Positions 1 to 10,487 of a stretch of DNA of 64,000 bases are shown here, piece by piece. The number at the start of each line of letters is the position of its first letter. Within the stretch, counting starts at the first letter, position 1. The DNA is taken from positions 159,303-223,302 of IMG/VR virus record IMGVR_UViG_3300032294_002797. One strand, written 5' to 3'. The notes beneath the pieces were generated by a model that had not been told where the DNA came from, ran no database searches, and saw only the letters and a program-made list of their open reading frames with translations. Made by a program: the position numbers and the translations under genes.

Positions 1-477
1 CAAATTAGCAGTTGCTCCAATTGCTCCAGCATTTGTGATATTACCGTGAGTGTGACTAAGCGGAGTACGAGAATCAGATAACCTACTATCATTACCTTGG
101 CAAAAGGTATTAGCTGTAGTACCAAATGATCCTGTTGTAATAGCGCCAGCTGTTGTTGTGATAAGCGGTAAATTTGCGGTAGATCCTATGGCTCCAGCAT
201 TAGTAATATTACCATGAGTATGGCCGCTGACACTAACAGCTATGCCACCAACGCTTAAACTAGTAAAATTACCGCTACTACTACTTAATAGGGCTCCGCT
301 TATAGAAACTCCGCTATTTGGCAAGATAGCATATGGTAAACTATTCCATGTAGAAGTACCATCTCCAAACTTTATGCGTCCGGTATCTGTTTCTAAAATC
401 ATCTCTCCAGCTAATAGAACGGGATTAACCGAAGCTAAATTAGCTGCTGTACCTCTTAAATTTTGTATTTGTGGCAT
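1..477 (-). CDS. tail fibre protein, partial (runs off window start); Mtd_N-like N-terminus
   Basis: Not in ORF track. Manual translation from ATG at 477: MPQIQNLRGTAANLASVNPVLLAGEMILETDTGRIKFGDGTSTWNSLPY..., with SGHTHGNIT knots, open to position 1. Confidence 0.8.
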   Translation of the reverse strand, partial: MPQIQNLRGTAANLASVNPVLLAGEMILETDTGRIKFGDGTSTWNSLPYAILPNSGVSISGALLSSSSGNFTSLSVGGIAVSVSGHTHGNITNAGAIGSTANLPLITTTAGAITTGSFGTTANTFCQGNDSRLSDSRTPLSHTHGNITNAGAIGATANL

Positions 478-480
478 AAT

Positions 481-996
481 TTACTCCTGTAATGATCTCC
501 ACAACTCTATATCTTTAGAATATATGTAGTGTATTTTATCTAGCTCGTCAACAGATAAAGGCGTTATAGATCCGTAAGATTGATTACAAATCTCTAAGGG
601 TTTATATAAGCCCAACCATTTTGCACAATCTTGTAGCTGGGCTTCAAACAAAAAATACTTATCAAAATGTCCAGTGGGTAGTGGTTGCGGAGGTCTAGAG
701 AGCCAATAGTCAATATTATAATCTGGCTTATGTCTTAACATAGATACGAATCTATCTATTGGATTTCTAACTATAACGCATGTATTGCTCTGTGATCCAT
801 CATAAAATTCTTGTGTTGGTAAAAAAACTGCTGGATGAATATCTCTAACCGTAACGGTATTAGGCCAATAGCAATCAATAGCACACTTGGTAAAAGAAGT
901 AGATGCTGAACGATGAGTTAACACCAAAGATTTACCATTTGGCATTTTTAATATATTACTCATATTATGATCCTCCTGCCAATAGAGATATCTCAC
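481..996 (-). CDS. sulfotransferase-family (Sulfotransfer_2-like) protein
   Basis: 5'-PSB-like HRSASTS and 3'-PB-like VRNPIDRFVS motifs. Confidence 0.65.
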   Translation of the reverse strand: MRYLYWQEDHNMSNILKMPNGKSLVLTHRSASTSFTKCAIDCYWPNTVTVRDIHPAVFLPTQEFYDGSQSNTCVIVRNPIDRFVSMLRHKPDYNIDYWLSRPPQPLPTGHFDKYFLFEAQLQDCAKWLGLYKPLEICNQSYGSITPLSVDELDKIHYIYSKDIELWRSLQE

Positions 997-3484
997 TATC
1001 CGTTAATATACTATCATATATTTTTAAATTATCTATTAAGCCATTGAATGATCCGTATTTAACAGATCCTCCTATGACGAAGGATGTAAATGCTGTTTTA
1101 GCACCAGTGGGGCCGGTCATAGACGTTTCAAAAATTCCATCTATATAAATTTTCATTTGTCCAGTAGAAGAATTTCTTGTGCAAGTTACGTGCTTCCAGG
1201 TTCCCGTGTTAATTAAAGAATTAGAAAGCAATGTTGTATCAGGATTGCCTACTCCAAAAGCCACTTTATTATTTAAATAAGTGATACCAAAATCATTGAC
1301 ACTTCCGGGTGCCTCTCCGTTCACTAAAGAAACTCCATCATACCAATTGCTATATGAAGGCGAAGAAGAAGACGTATTAACAAAAAATGCTATGGTCCAA
1401 TTTGTAGATATAGATCTTGGTATTGTGACATATTTAGCCCCAGTATTTAGTTGTATAGCATTATTAACTCGACCAGTAACAAAAGACGGAGAACCAAAAG
1501 CAGTACCATTATATGATGGATTAGTACTATTCACATTAGAATCAAATGGGTAAGCAGCTAATGGGGTTGTTAAAGACGGACCTGATGGAACAATAACTCC
1601 GCAATCTATTATGCCAATACCTATTGTATAATTATTTCCACTACTAGAAACAATAATACCACTAACCCCTGATATATTAATATTAGATATACCAGAACTA
1701 TTAATAGTAAAAATTCCGCTATTATTATTTATAGATATTCCGCTACCAGCTGTTATATTTTTAACGGCAAGTAGGCCACTAACACTACTATTAAAATTAC
1801 TAATTAACGAAGAATTAATTCCAGAGCTTGATGTTAATGAACCGCCTGTTGTTGTAACAACTAATAATCCGCTAGTAGAGCCAATTTTTCCTGTATATGC
1901 TGTTTCTTGTACTGTATTATCGCTAAATATAATTGCTTCGGGGGCTAACACCATACCACCATTGGCTATATAATCACCACTAATACCAATGAAAATACTA
2001 GAGCATTCAAACTGAACATCACTATTTGCAACTAATAATCCACTATCGCTAGTAGTAATAACACGATTAGCAACACTTCCGATTTGACCAGAACTATTTA
2101 TGTTTCCGTGGGAATGAACCAAGGGAGAGGCAAATATAGAATCTCGTAATTGAATATGTACATCATTAAGGATAGCTTCTGTACCCCAAACCGGCGTGGC
2201 ATCTGAAAAAGATAGAATATCCCAGTTGTTAACCGGATCATAAAGAATTTGCGATTTTGGCGCATAATCTGTTGTTGTAATGACTCCATCGACATCAGTA
2301 ATAAGAACCTTATTTCCAGAAGCTCCTATTGTTCCACTGCTTGTGATATTTCCATGGGAGTGTACCTCTAAACCTATAACGCCACCCCCATTATCTGGAA
2401 AAGTAAAAGTACTGTTTGTCGTCATATATGGAGAAGCTACTAGTCTACAATAATTACCATTAGTAGCATTTAAGTCTATCGTGGGTGGCTCGTCTGTAGG
2501 AGCAGGAGAGACATATCCGTTAACTATAAGTTTATTTGTTGTGGTAGAGCCTGGATTAATTGCATTATATATATTTTCTGGGATTATAGAGCCGACAGCC
2601 ATAATATCTCTAAAGTTGCCAGTTCCAGCAACATCTAATTTATAGACTGGAGAATCAACACCTATCCCAACATTTCCATCAGAGCCAAATTTCGCAACCT
2701 CATACTGATAACCAAAACCTCCAGCTTCAAATACAATAGCTGCTTGAGCACCAAAGGCTAGATTACCACCATTATCTCCTTTAACGTAACATTGGGTTGC
2801 GTCTGTTGCGTCAACGAACCCTAAAGGAATTTGACTGCCTTGACTTTTAATATTTAAAATAGTAGTACTAACATCATTGCTAGTTGCTTCGAATACAGTA
2901 TGCGTGTGTCCGCTCAAACTAACACCCGTCCCATTAACTAATAAACTTTGAGTAAAATTCCCACTAGGACTAGTAATAGAACCAGTAAAAGAAGCCCCAC
3001 TTAAATTAGCCTTACCAGCCAAACTATTTGTGACCGTTGTGCTAAAGTTAGCATCATTGCCGAGCGCAGTTGCTAATTCATTAAGAGTATCAAGGGTTGA
3101 TGGGGCAGATGCCACTAGATTACTGATTTCGGTTCTGACAAATGCTGTGCTGGCAATTTGATTAGTATTAGTACCACTAGATGCTGTGGGAGCTAGCGGA
3201 ACTCCTGTCAAGGTTGGGCTGTTTAGTGGAGCATAAATACCGTTGATCAAACCACTGACACTGCTGTTAAAATCAGTAATATTCGCAGAGGTATGGGTAT
3301 GACCACTAGCACTAACCGCAACGCCATTGATTAATAATCCGCTAGACGAACTAATACTTATATTGCCACTAGCGCTAGATAAAACTAAACTATTACCTGA
3401 CAAAGCCACACTAGCAGCATTATCACTAATATTTTGGCTAAATCTAATATTACCACTAGATGGTGTTATTAATACATCTGGCAT
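965..3484 (-). CDS. tail fibre with C-terminal LamG/ConA-like domain
   Basis: SGHTH knots, APSTLDTLNELATALGNDANF fibre motif, GNVGIG repeat, LamG tail (WKHVTCT...YIDG...IDNLKIYD). Confidence 0.85.
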   Translation of the reverse strand: MPDVLITPSSGNIRFSQNISDNAASVALSGNSLVLSSASGNISISSSSGLLINGVAVSASGHTHTSANITDFNSSVSGLINGIYAPLNSPTLTGVPLAPTASSGTNTNQIASTAFVRTEISNLVASAPSTLDTLNELATALGNDANFSTTVTNSLAGKANLSGASFTGSITSPSGNFTQSLLVNGTGVSLSGHTHTVFEATSNDVSTTILNIKSQGSQIPLGFVDATDATQCYVKGDNGGNLAFGAQAAIVFEAGGFGYQYEVAKFGSDGNVGIGVDSPVYKLDVAGTGNFRDIMAVGSIIPENIYNAINPGSTTTNKLIVNGYVSPAPTDEPPTIDLNATNGNYCRLVASPYMTTNSTFTFPDNGGGVIGLEVHSHGNITSSGTIGASGNKVLITDVDGVITTTDYAPKSQILYDPVNNWDILSFSDATPVWGTEAILNDVHIQLRDSIFASPLVHSHGNINSSGQIGSVANRVITTSDSGLLVANSDVQFECSSIFIGISGDYIANGGMVLAPEAIIFSDNTVQETAYTGKIGSTSGLLVVTTTGGSLTSSSGINSSLISNFNSSVSGLLAVKNITAGSGISINNNSGIFTINSSGISNINISGVSGIIVSSSGNNYTIGIGIIDCGVIVPSGPSLTTPLAAYPFDSNVNSTNPSYNGTAFGSPSFVTGRVNNAIQLNTGAKYVTIPRSISTNWTIAFFVNTSSSSPSYSNWYDGVSLVNGEAPGSVNDFGITYLNNKVAFGVGNPDTTLLSNSLINTGTWKHVTCTRNSSTGQMKIYIDGIFETSMTGPTGAKTAFTSFVIGGSVKYGSFNGLIDNLKIYDSILTDSEISLLAGGS

Positions 3485-3512
3485 AAAAATTCCTTAAAGT
3501 TTGAATAATATA

Positions 3513-3854
3513 TTATACACTATCTGGACTTGGCGGTTGATCATCATTATTGGCTATAATACCTTGATTTTGTCCAACCTTCATAATATAGTTCATTAAT
3601 CCAACAATTATACCCCCAAGCTCTGGATCAGTAGCTGCATTAGATAATAAATTATCCATATTCATAAAAACTACTTCATTAGACACTATAGCATTGCCGT
3701 CTGGACCAGTGGCAAATTTAATTAGTGTTACTTGTGCTGAGGCGTCCCCATTGGGATTTGGTGCTCCGATATCAATACGTTGAACCCACCATTTATCGTA
3801 TACAATGGCTGGTACTGTCGTTGGATTACTTGCTGATAATATTGGTAAACTCAT
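3513..3854 (-). CDS. hypothetical tail-associated protein
   Basis: AAGGA RBS; lies between fibre genes. Confidence 0.6.
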   Translation of the reverse strand: MSLPILSASNPTTVPAIVYDKWWVQRIDIGAPNPNGDASAQVTLIKFATGPDGNAIVSNEVVFMNMDNLLSNAATDPELGGIIVGLMNYIMKVGQNQGIIANNDDQPPSPDSV

Positions 3855-3869
3855 AAAAATTCCTTATTG

Positions 3870-4517
3870 TTAAAGATTGAAACGACCCTTGATAGCATTA
3901 TAATTTTGTAAAATCTCGGAAGAAGATAAAGATCTGCTATAAATAGCTACAGGACCTATCGATCCACTAAAATATGTAGTCCCAGTTCTTCCTATCCTAA
4001 GAGGTTTAGTAGAGCCGGATCCAGTAAACGTCGTTGTTCCAATAAGTGTTCCATTTCTATATATAGGTCCAGTTCTATTCAAAACCAATTGGTTCCATTT
4101 TTGTAAATATATAGTAGATAATGATCCAATATTTGTTCCACCTCCACCAGGGTTACCCCTGCATAACATACTACCTCCATAAGGGAAAATACTCCAATCC
4201 CAAACGGCGCTATTATAACTATTGTCTCCCGCGCAAATTAATATTCTGTCTGATATAGAATTTAGATAAAACCATATTTCTATAGTTACAGCATTATTAA
4301 AGATATTATTACTTGGAAAATCAATATAATCATTAGAACCATCTAATACAACTACTCCTCTATTAGATGGAGATAATGTTGCTCCATTAGTTAAATTACC
4401 ATTACATCCATTATTAGTTAAATCAAAAATACTACTAGAAGTAGATGAAGCATATCCTGGATTCATATAAAAAATTAAACTATTTCTAGTAATACCGGGA
4501 CCATTTTGATAACTCAT
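3870..4517 (-). CDS. LamG/ConA-like lectin domain virion protein
   Basis: FSGSIGPVAIYSRSLSSSEILQNYNA motif. Confidence 0.8.
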   Translation of the reverse strand: MSYQNGPGITRNSLIFYMNPGYASSTSSSIFDLTNNGCNGNLTNGATLSPSNRGVVVLDGSNDYIDFPSNNIFNNAVTIEIWFYLNSISDRILICAGDNSYNSAVWDWSIFPYGGSMLCRGNPGGGGTNIGSLSTIYLQKWNQLVLNRTGPIYRNGTLIGTTTFTGSGSTKPLRIGRTGTTYFSGSIGPVAIYSRSLSSSEILQNYNAIKGRFNL

Positions 4518-4544
4518 TAAATTATTCTCTATCTTAATTAATTT

Positions 4545-5336
4545 TTAGTATGTTGGTAATAATAACCTATATCTAATAATAACTATTCCACTACCTCCAT
4601 ATCCAGATCTACCACCCCCACCACCACCTAAACCATCAACGCCTCTTTGGGCAGAATTTCCTCCTCCTCCTAATCCCCCGGCACCAGACGTAACAGTATT
4701 CCCATAACTATTCACCCCACCGGCACCACCACCACCATAATATTGAGATGTACCAGTAATATTCGACATTAATCCGATACCTCCATCTCCAGCTTTAGAA
4801 GTAGTACCATCCTGTCCATTCCCTCCGGCTCCACCACCACCTCCATAGGCATATAACCAAGATCCTATACCTCCACCATATCCCTGTCCCGTAGTTCCTA
4901 GCGTTCTAAAAAGCCCACAGCAACTATGTGCTAATCCTCCACCAGATGCCCCATTAGTCGGTTGCTGAGTATAGTATCCTCCTGGTCCTCCGCCAAGAGC
5001 AACAATATTATTAAAAGATGAATTATCTCCATTATTTGCCATATTAAATGTTGGATTCGAACTATTTGGAGTACCTCCTAGGCCAACTACAGCACCATAT
5101 CGTCCTTTGGATATATTCATAGACCCTGTTAAAACTCCACCACCTCCTCCTCCCCCACTATCTGCTAGAGGGGTTCCTCCACCACCACCAACTATTAAAT
5201 AATCTATATCTAGATTAGTTGTTGCAATAAAATTTGCAGTATTTTTAAATATATGTACAAAGTAAATATAATTATTTTGAATATATCTATAAAAATCTCC
5301 TCCTAATCCTAAATTTTTTCCATAAACTATTCCCAT
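4545..5336 (-). CDS. glycine-rich virion/tail protein
   Basis: YLIVGGGGG ... GGSGIVIIRY pattern typical of phage Gly-rich fibre domains. Confidence 0.75.
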   Translation of the reverse strand: MGIVYGKNLGLGGDFYRYIQNNYIYFVHIFKNTANFIATTNLDIDYLIVGGGGGTPLADSGGGGGGGVLTGSMNISKGRYGAVVGLGGTPNSSNPTFNMANNGDNSSFNNIVALGGGPGGYYTQQPTNGASGGGLAHSCCGLFRTLGTTGQGYGGGIGSWLYAYGGGGGAGGNGQDGTTSKAGDGGIGLMSNITGTSQYYGGGGAGGVNSYGNTVTSGAGGLGGGGNSAQRGVDGLGGGGGGRSGYGGSGIVIIRYRLLLPTY

Positions 5337-6040
5337 TATAATCCAAACCTTCCTTTTGAAGCATTATAATTTTGTAATATTTCGCTAGTACTTAATAATT
5401 TATTATAAATAGAAAAATTACTAATCAACATATTGCTATAACAATACCCGCAATTAACAGTATATGCCCCAAGTCTTAATAAATTAGTTAAATTAAATAC
5501 AGCTGGCATAAGATTAGAAAATGTCAATATGCCATTCCTATAAGTATAGATTATTTGAGTAGTATTACTATATGTAATAGTAAGATAGGTCCAAGTATTG
5601 ATAATACTAGTTGCATTAGAACTTATGCTCAAATATTTTGCAGTGGTGCTATTCGATCTGGCGGATACATCTAATCTATTTGTATTTCCATTAGTATACA
5701 TATTAATATAATCTCCATAGCCGCTGCTAATTTCGAAAATCATTCTAGTTGTTGGACATGGACATGAGCCGCCTCCGACTACCAAATTATTTATCCATAA
5801 ATTGATAGAAAAATCTGTATTTATTGTATAATTATTATCCGATGTAATGTATTGATTAGTTCCATTTAAAGTGAATCTTCCATTACTAAAAGAAGGATTA
5901 TTAGATAAAGTAAAATGTCTATTATTACCGCTAATATCGTACCATTTATTCCCACTTCCTGGATAACTACGGTTGTTAGCAGCGTCCAGATGTAGAGTTA
6001 AATTATTTGTAATTATATCTGGGCCGCCATATATGCTCAT
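5336..6040 (-). CDS. LamG/ConA-like lectin domain protein (start probably 6040)
   Basis: LHLDAAN..SYPGSG..WYDISGN, IYNKLLSTSEILQNYNA; ATGA overlap with upstream stop at 6037-6040. Confidence 0.8.
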   Translation of the reverse strand: MSIYGGPDIITNNLTLHLDAANNRSYPGSGNKWYDISGNNRHFTLSNNPSFSNGRFTLNGTNQYITSDNNYTINTDFSINLWINNLVVGGGSCPCPTTRMIFEISSGYGDYINMYTNGNTNRLDVSARSNSTTAKYLSISSNATSIINTWTYLTITYSNTTQIIYTYRNGILTFSNLMPAVFNLTNLLRLGAYTVNCGYCYSNMLISNFSIYNKLLSTSEILQNYNASKGRFGL

Positions 6041-8955
6041 AAGGAGTATTCTGTAACTATTTGAGGAATATCTTTTCTTAATCCGGTAAATGTCCAAAAG
6101 AAATCATATAGTCCATTAGTATCACAACCAACAGTAAACGTATTGTGTGGTATCTTAATGTCTTGTATATAAAGAATCTTATTGTGTTTATAGTTAGTAA
6201 TTTGTATATTAATACTATCGTCATCCAAAACTAAATCTTTAATATAGTCTGGTAAATTTACTACACAAACTCCATTTACAACAGTATCTTTTCCTGTTAA
6301 TCGTACTCCGTGATATGGGCTTTCTAATGAGCCGTATTCTAAAACATATCCAGGTTTTGATGGATGGCTTATTTTAAAGCTTTTAGTTGTAGCAGAAAAG
6401 GCTCCCGATACTGCCACATCTCCTACTACATCTAGTTTAACGGCTGGATTATTTTTACCAATTCCTACATTTCCTATATTATCTATTCTTAATCTTTCGG
6501 TGCCGCTAGTACTAATAGACAAGGTATTGGCTGATGGAGAAAATAAGCCTGTATCTGGATCATTGATAAATTCGAATGATGGTAAAGAAGAGGTACCCGA
6601 TCCTGCTATAAATGATCCTGTACAACTAACGTCTCCATTAAATGTACTGTTTCCAACTACATGAAATTTAGTTGAGGGTACTCCTGTTCCTATTCCAATA
6701 TTGCCGCCACTAGAAATCACAAAATCATTTTGATTAAATCTTCCTCCAATTATACTATCGTCACTAAATACTTCAAATATTGGCAAACCAGCATTATTAT
6801 TAACGCTCATTAAGCTACCGCTAAGACTGTCTACAACGCTGAATAGACTACCATTAGTACCTTCAACATTAAATACCAATTCTCCGCTAGTAGTAGAATA
6901 AACGTCTAATAAAGCATTAGGGACTAATCCAGTGGTTGAGGCAAATAATCCTGTTCCCACAACATGTAAACGTCCACTAGGAGCTGTTGTTCCTACTCCT
7001 AAATTACCAACCGACGTTAATCTCATTCTTTCGGTAGCAGCCGGAGAAAATCTGATATGTTGGTTAGCCGTTCCTGCATTATAACTATTTCCTATTTCAA
7101 CCTCTTGACTAAATGCTAAAACTCTTATTCTTCCAGCTTGACCTTCTAAATTAATTGTATTATCTCCACCCCTAACTATTAAACTATCACTAGTATCATT
7201 ATATAACCTATTATATGTTAGCGGTACTGCCGTACCTGATCGTGATATGTATAAAGAACCTTGAGAATAAGAATCTCCAAAAATATGTAAAAGACCACTT
7301 GGCGTTAATGTATTTATCCCAACAGCTCCAGCAAAATAGGCTCCTCCAGACGCATTAATATTAGAAAACATTATAGACCCATCTGCATTTCTGGTTTCTA
7401 TAGCGTTAGCAGTTTGACTGGCTACCTGTGATATGTAGATTCCTCTTCGACTAGGAATAACTGTGCTTACCTCCAATGAGGCGAGTCCGTTCCATGTTGT
7501 TTTAGAAACAGCTAATGTTGTATTATTAATAAATCCAGTTGAACCAAAAGATAAAAATCTTGTACCGCTTCCTTGACTAACATAAAAAGCATTCACGCTG
7601 TCTGTTCTAACATCTAAATCAAACGTTGGATTATTAGTGCCTATTCCTATTCTAGATGATACTATCCCGGTACCCAAAACATGTAGTTGTCCACTTGGTG
7701 TTGATGTTCCTATGCCAAAACTACCAGACGGTGTAATTCTAGCTTTTTCGCTACCGCCGGGATTAAACATAACATAAGCATTAGCAAATGCTGATCCTAT
7801 TTCGACTCCAACGCTTGATGATGACAGAACAAGTTTACCTCCATCTCCTTGTAGCTGTAAAGAATTACTTCCTCCAGCTAAAGTAAGATTTTGAGCACCA
7901 GCTCTTTGAATACTGCATCTATTTCTACTAGTGTCGGCGTAGTCTGTATCGTTTTGATTAAAATATAAAATTCCTTGAATTCTAGATTCTCCATTAATAT
8001 CCAAAACAGAGGATGGAGCAACCCGATTAACGGCTATGCCTGAAGAAAATATTCCCGTTCCTATAACATGTAATTGGCTACTAGGACTAGTTGTTCCTAT
8101 GCCCATATGTCCATTATTTCTGTTTATATGCAAAACATCAGACCAGCTTGTAGATCCTGCTCTGCGAGCAAGTCTAAGATTACCGTCAGTTGCTCTATCA
8201 AAAAATCCCCATCCATTATTTCCACTAGACAATTGAATATTATTGGTACTAGCTAAGAATGGAACTGAATCGTTATTGCCGACTCCGATGTGGGTCTTTA
8301 CTACATTGCTTGGATTACTTAAGAGTACGTAGCTATTATTAGCTACAATTCTTTCTATATGAAGTGCCCCGCTAGGATTAGTCGTTCCTATACCAACACT
8401 AGTATCATTATCAAAAATAACTCCACTAGTTAAACTATTACTTCCATTCCATCGTGAAACATAACCACTAATTCCAATTCCGGTAGTTAAATTAGCTGGA
8501 AATAGTCCACTTACGCTAGAGTTAAAATTAGTAATATTTGATGACGTATGAGTATGGCCGCTGACACTAATAGGAATATTGTTTAATAACCATGGTCCGC
8601 TAAAATTTAAAACTTCGTCGCCTTCGCTTGCTTCTATCGAGCCAGAAACATTATTACCATTAAAATATATTCTATGTATTCCATTAGAATTTATGGCTGG
8701 ATTTATTTCTATTCCACCTTCATAATAAGAAGGAGCATAAATCGATAAATTTTGAAATTGACCACTAGCTGGAGATATCAAACCAGAGGAACTAGCAACA
8801 TTTTTTAAACTATTCCAATTAGATACTCCGTCACCAATCTTTAAAATATTATTGGATAGATCATATCCTGGCTCTCCACTAGCTAGTATAGGATTGGTAC
8901 TGCTCCACTGAGATCCTGTTCCTTTTCGTATTGTAATGGCCGTATTAACTGGCAT
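6037..8955 (-). CDS. long tail fibre, Mtd_N-like N-terminus, GIGTTxP repeats
   Basis: IRKGTGSQWSSTNPILASGEPGYD..LKIGDG; repeated GNxGIGT motifs; C-terminal KSFKISHP..LESP domain. Confidence 0.85.
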   Translation of the reverse strand: MPVNTAITIRKGTGSQWSSTNPILASGEPGYDLSNNILKIGDGVSNWNSLKNVASSSGLISPASGQFQNLSIYAPSYYEGGIEINPAINSNGIHRIYFNGNNVSGSIEASEGDEVLNFSGPWLLNNIPISVSGHTHTSSNITNFNSSVSGLFPANLTTGIGISGYVSRWNGSNSLTSGVIFDNDTSVGIGTTNPSGALHIERIVANNSYVLLSNPSNVVKTHIGVGNNDSVPFLASTNNIQLSSGNNGWGFFDRATDGNLRLARRAGSTSWSDVLHINRNNGHMGIGTTSPSSQLHVIGTGIFSSGIAVNRVAPSSVLDINGESRIQGILYFNQNDTDYADTSRNRCSIQRAGAQNLTLAGGSNSLQLQGDGGKLVLSSSSVGVEIGSAFANAYVMFNPGGSEKARITPSGSFGIGTSTPSGQLHVLGTGIVSSRIGIGTNNPTFDLDVRTDSVNAFYVSQGSGTRFLSFGSTGFINNTTLAVSKTTWNGLASLEVSTVIPSRRGIYISQVASQTANAIETRNADGSIMFSNINASGGAYFAGAVGINTLTPSGLLHIFGDSYSQGSLYISRSGTAVPLTYNRLYNDTSDSLIVRGGDNTINLEGQAGRIRVLAFSQEVEIGNSYNAGTANQHIRFSPAATERMRLTSVGNLGVGTTAPSGRLHVVGTGLFASTTGLVPNALLDVYSTTSGELVFNVEGTNGSLFSVVDSLSGSLMSVNNNAGLPIFEVFSDDSIIGGRFNQNDFVISSGGNIGIGTGVPSTKFHVVGNSTFNGDVSCTGSFIAGSGTSSLPSFEFINDPDTGLFSPSANTLSISTSGTERLRIDNIGNVGIGKNNPAVKLDVVGDVAVSGAFSATTKSFKISHPSKPGYVLEYGSLESPYHGVRLTGKDTVVNGVCVVNLPDYIKDLVLDDDSINIQITNYKHNKILYIQDIKIPHNTFTVGCDTNGLYDFFWTFTGLRKDIPQIVTEYSL

Positions 8956-8992
8956 AAGAATAATCCATAGTAATTTACTTTATAATAATCAA

Positions 8993-9313
8993 CTATCTAA
9001 TAGCTAGCAAACTATTTAATTTATTTTCTAAATCATTACCAAACCTATTCAAAATCTCTTGGGTTATCTGCTCGTCTGTTAAACTATCCAAAGATTGATA
9101 ATTAGTTCCTGAGTATAAAAATATGGGTATTTTAGCCGGTTTTACCCAAACTTTAATAATACTATTTTCACTATCGTCTACCAATAATACATTTAATATT
9201 GAAGATATTTGTTCGGTATATCCACCGGAGCTATTTTGAACTTGTAGAGTAATACTTTGTTCTAAATTAATAATTAAATTTTTATTCATGTTAATATGTA
9301 CAACTCCCATCAT
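8993..9313 (-). CDS. hypothetical tail-associated protein
   Basis: Resembles 10164..10487 (LYSGTNY..I..R.GND versus LWKDTDY..RINELLGDN). Confidence 0.55.
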   Translation of the reverse strand: MMGVVHINMNKNLIINLEQSITLQVQNSSGGYTEQISSILNVLLVDDSENSIIKVWVKPAKIPIFLYSGTNYQSLDSLTDEQITQEILNRFGNDLENKLNSLLAIR

Positions 9314-10160
9314 TCACATTAGCATTAGGATCATAATTGGTGGCGAATGAATCAGTACAACCATAATATAAACACCCATAAGTATAATCTGCAACAGAAT
9401 CATAGACTGGGTTACCAATCACATTACAGCCAACTCTGTATACTGATACTAAGTCGTTCGTGAAGCCATAGGTTCTTTTAGTTTTGTAATAAATTTTACT
9501 TATTTCATCAACTGATAGTGCTCTATTATAAAGGGCCGTTCGACCTATGCTCATGCTAAAGCCGGTATCTCCTATTTGTATATTATATTCATTATCAACT
9601 ATTGTTCCTGTAGCAGCTGTTCTATAAATATACAACTTATTATCATATCCAATATATAAATAGTGATTAAAACCCGATACAGAAGAATCGTAAGAATGAC
9701 CAATAAAATTCCAACCCAACACACTAGGATGAAAGCCCATACCATTTCTCTGATCAGTATTAAAGTCTGCTAAGATAAAATTTCCTCCCATCCATTCTAC
9801 TATAAGTCCATAGTCATAGAAAGCTGGCTTGCCAAATAACGTCTTAAACGAACCGGTAAGTTCATAATCGAATTTAGCCCAAATAATTTGAGTAAAACTA
9901 TCACTCATAACTAATGAGCTATTATGATTTACAGTAATATTATTCGACTGTAGGGGTAGTGCTGGACCATTCGTAGAAACTGAGCTAGAAATAGTTCCAT
10001 GATTATTAAGTCCACTCAAATCATAAATAGTATCTGATCCATTACTATTAAAACTATTACTATTAGCAGGATCAAAATAAAGCACAAGCCCGTTACTATT
10101 AGTTAGTATGGGGTCATATAAATTACACTGATTAGCTTTAGTTTTAATTCCATTTAACAT
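9291..10160 (-). CDS. LamG-domain protein with C-terminal GCTD..NY..DGSC Cys motif
   Basis: GLVLYFDPAN, YNRALSVDEI, YGCTDSFATNYDPNANVNDGSCTY. Confidence 0.75.
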   Translation of the reverse strand: MLNGIKTKANQCNLYDPILTNSNGLVLYFDPANSNSFNSNGSDTIYDLSGLNNHGTISSSVSTNGPALPLQSNNITVNHNSSLVMSDSFTQIIWAKFDYELTGSFKTLFGKPAFYDYGLIVEWMGGNFILADFNTDQRNGMGFHPSVLGWNFIGHSYDSSVSGFNHYLYIGYDNKLYIYRTAATGTIVDNEYNIQIGDTGFSMSIGRTALYNRALSVDEISKIYYKTKRTYGFTNDLVSVYRVGCNVIGNPVYDSVADYTYGCLYYGCTDSFATNYDPNANVNDGSCTY

Positions 10161-10163
10161 TAT

Positions 10164-10487
10164 TTATCTCTGTGGTGGAACAAATAAACCTTCTAATACT
10201 CCCACAGGATTGTCTCCTAATAATTCATTTATTCGATCTTCTACCTGAGCTGTAGTATAATCGCCAATGTTGGTATAGTCGGTATCTTTCCATAAAACTA
10301 AAGGATAAGGACAAGGAACTATTCTAACCATACAGGTTTTACGCTTAATATTATCAAATATAGTATAATCTAGTTCATTAATAGTGATAGGTTTTTGAAC
10401 TCTTACTTCTCCATTAGAGCGAGTGATGGTTGGAGGTTGTATAGTTATTGGGTTGTTTAGATTCATTTTTGATTCCTTTATGGACAA
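10164..10487 (-). CDS. hypothetical tail-associated protein
   Basis: Intact ORF in the operon; resembles 8993..9313. Confidence 0.6.
   Translation of the reverse strand: MSIKESKMNLNNPITIQPPTITRSNGEVRVQKPITINELDYTIFDNIKRKTCMVRIVPCPYPLVLWKDTDYTNIGDYTTAQVEDRINELLGDNPVGVLEGLFVPPQR

Noticed and set aside
4545-5336. CCA/CCT-rich microsatellite-like tracts
   Set aside because: Explained by poly-Gly coding on the minus strand
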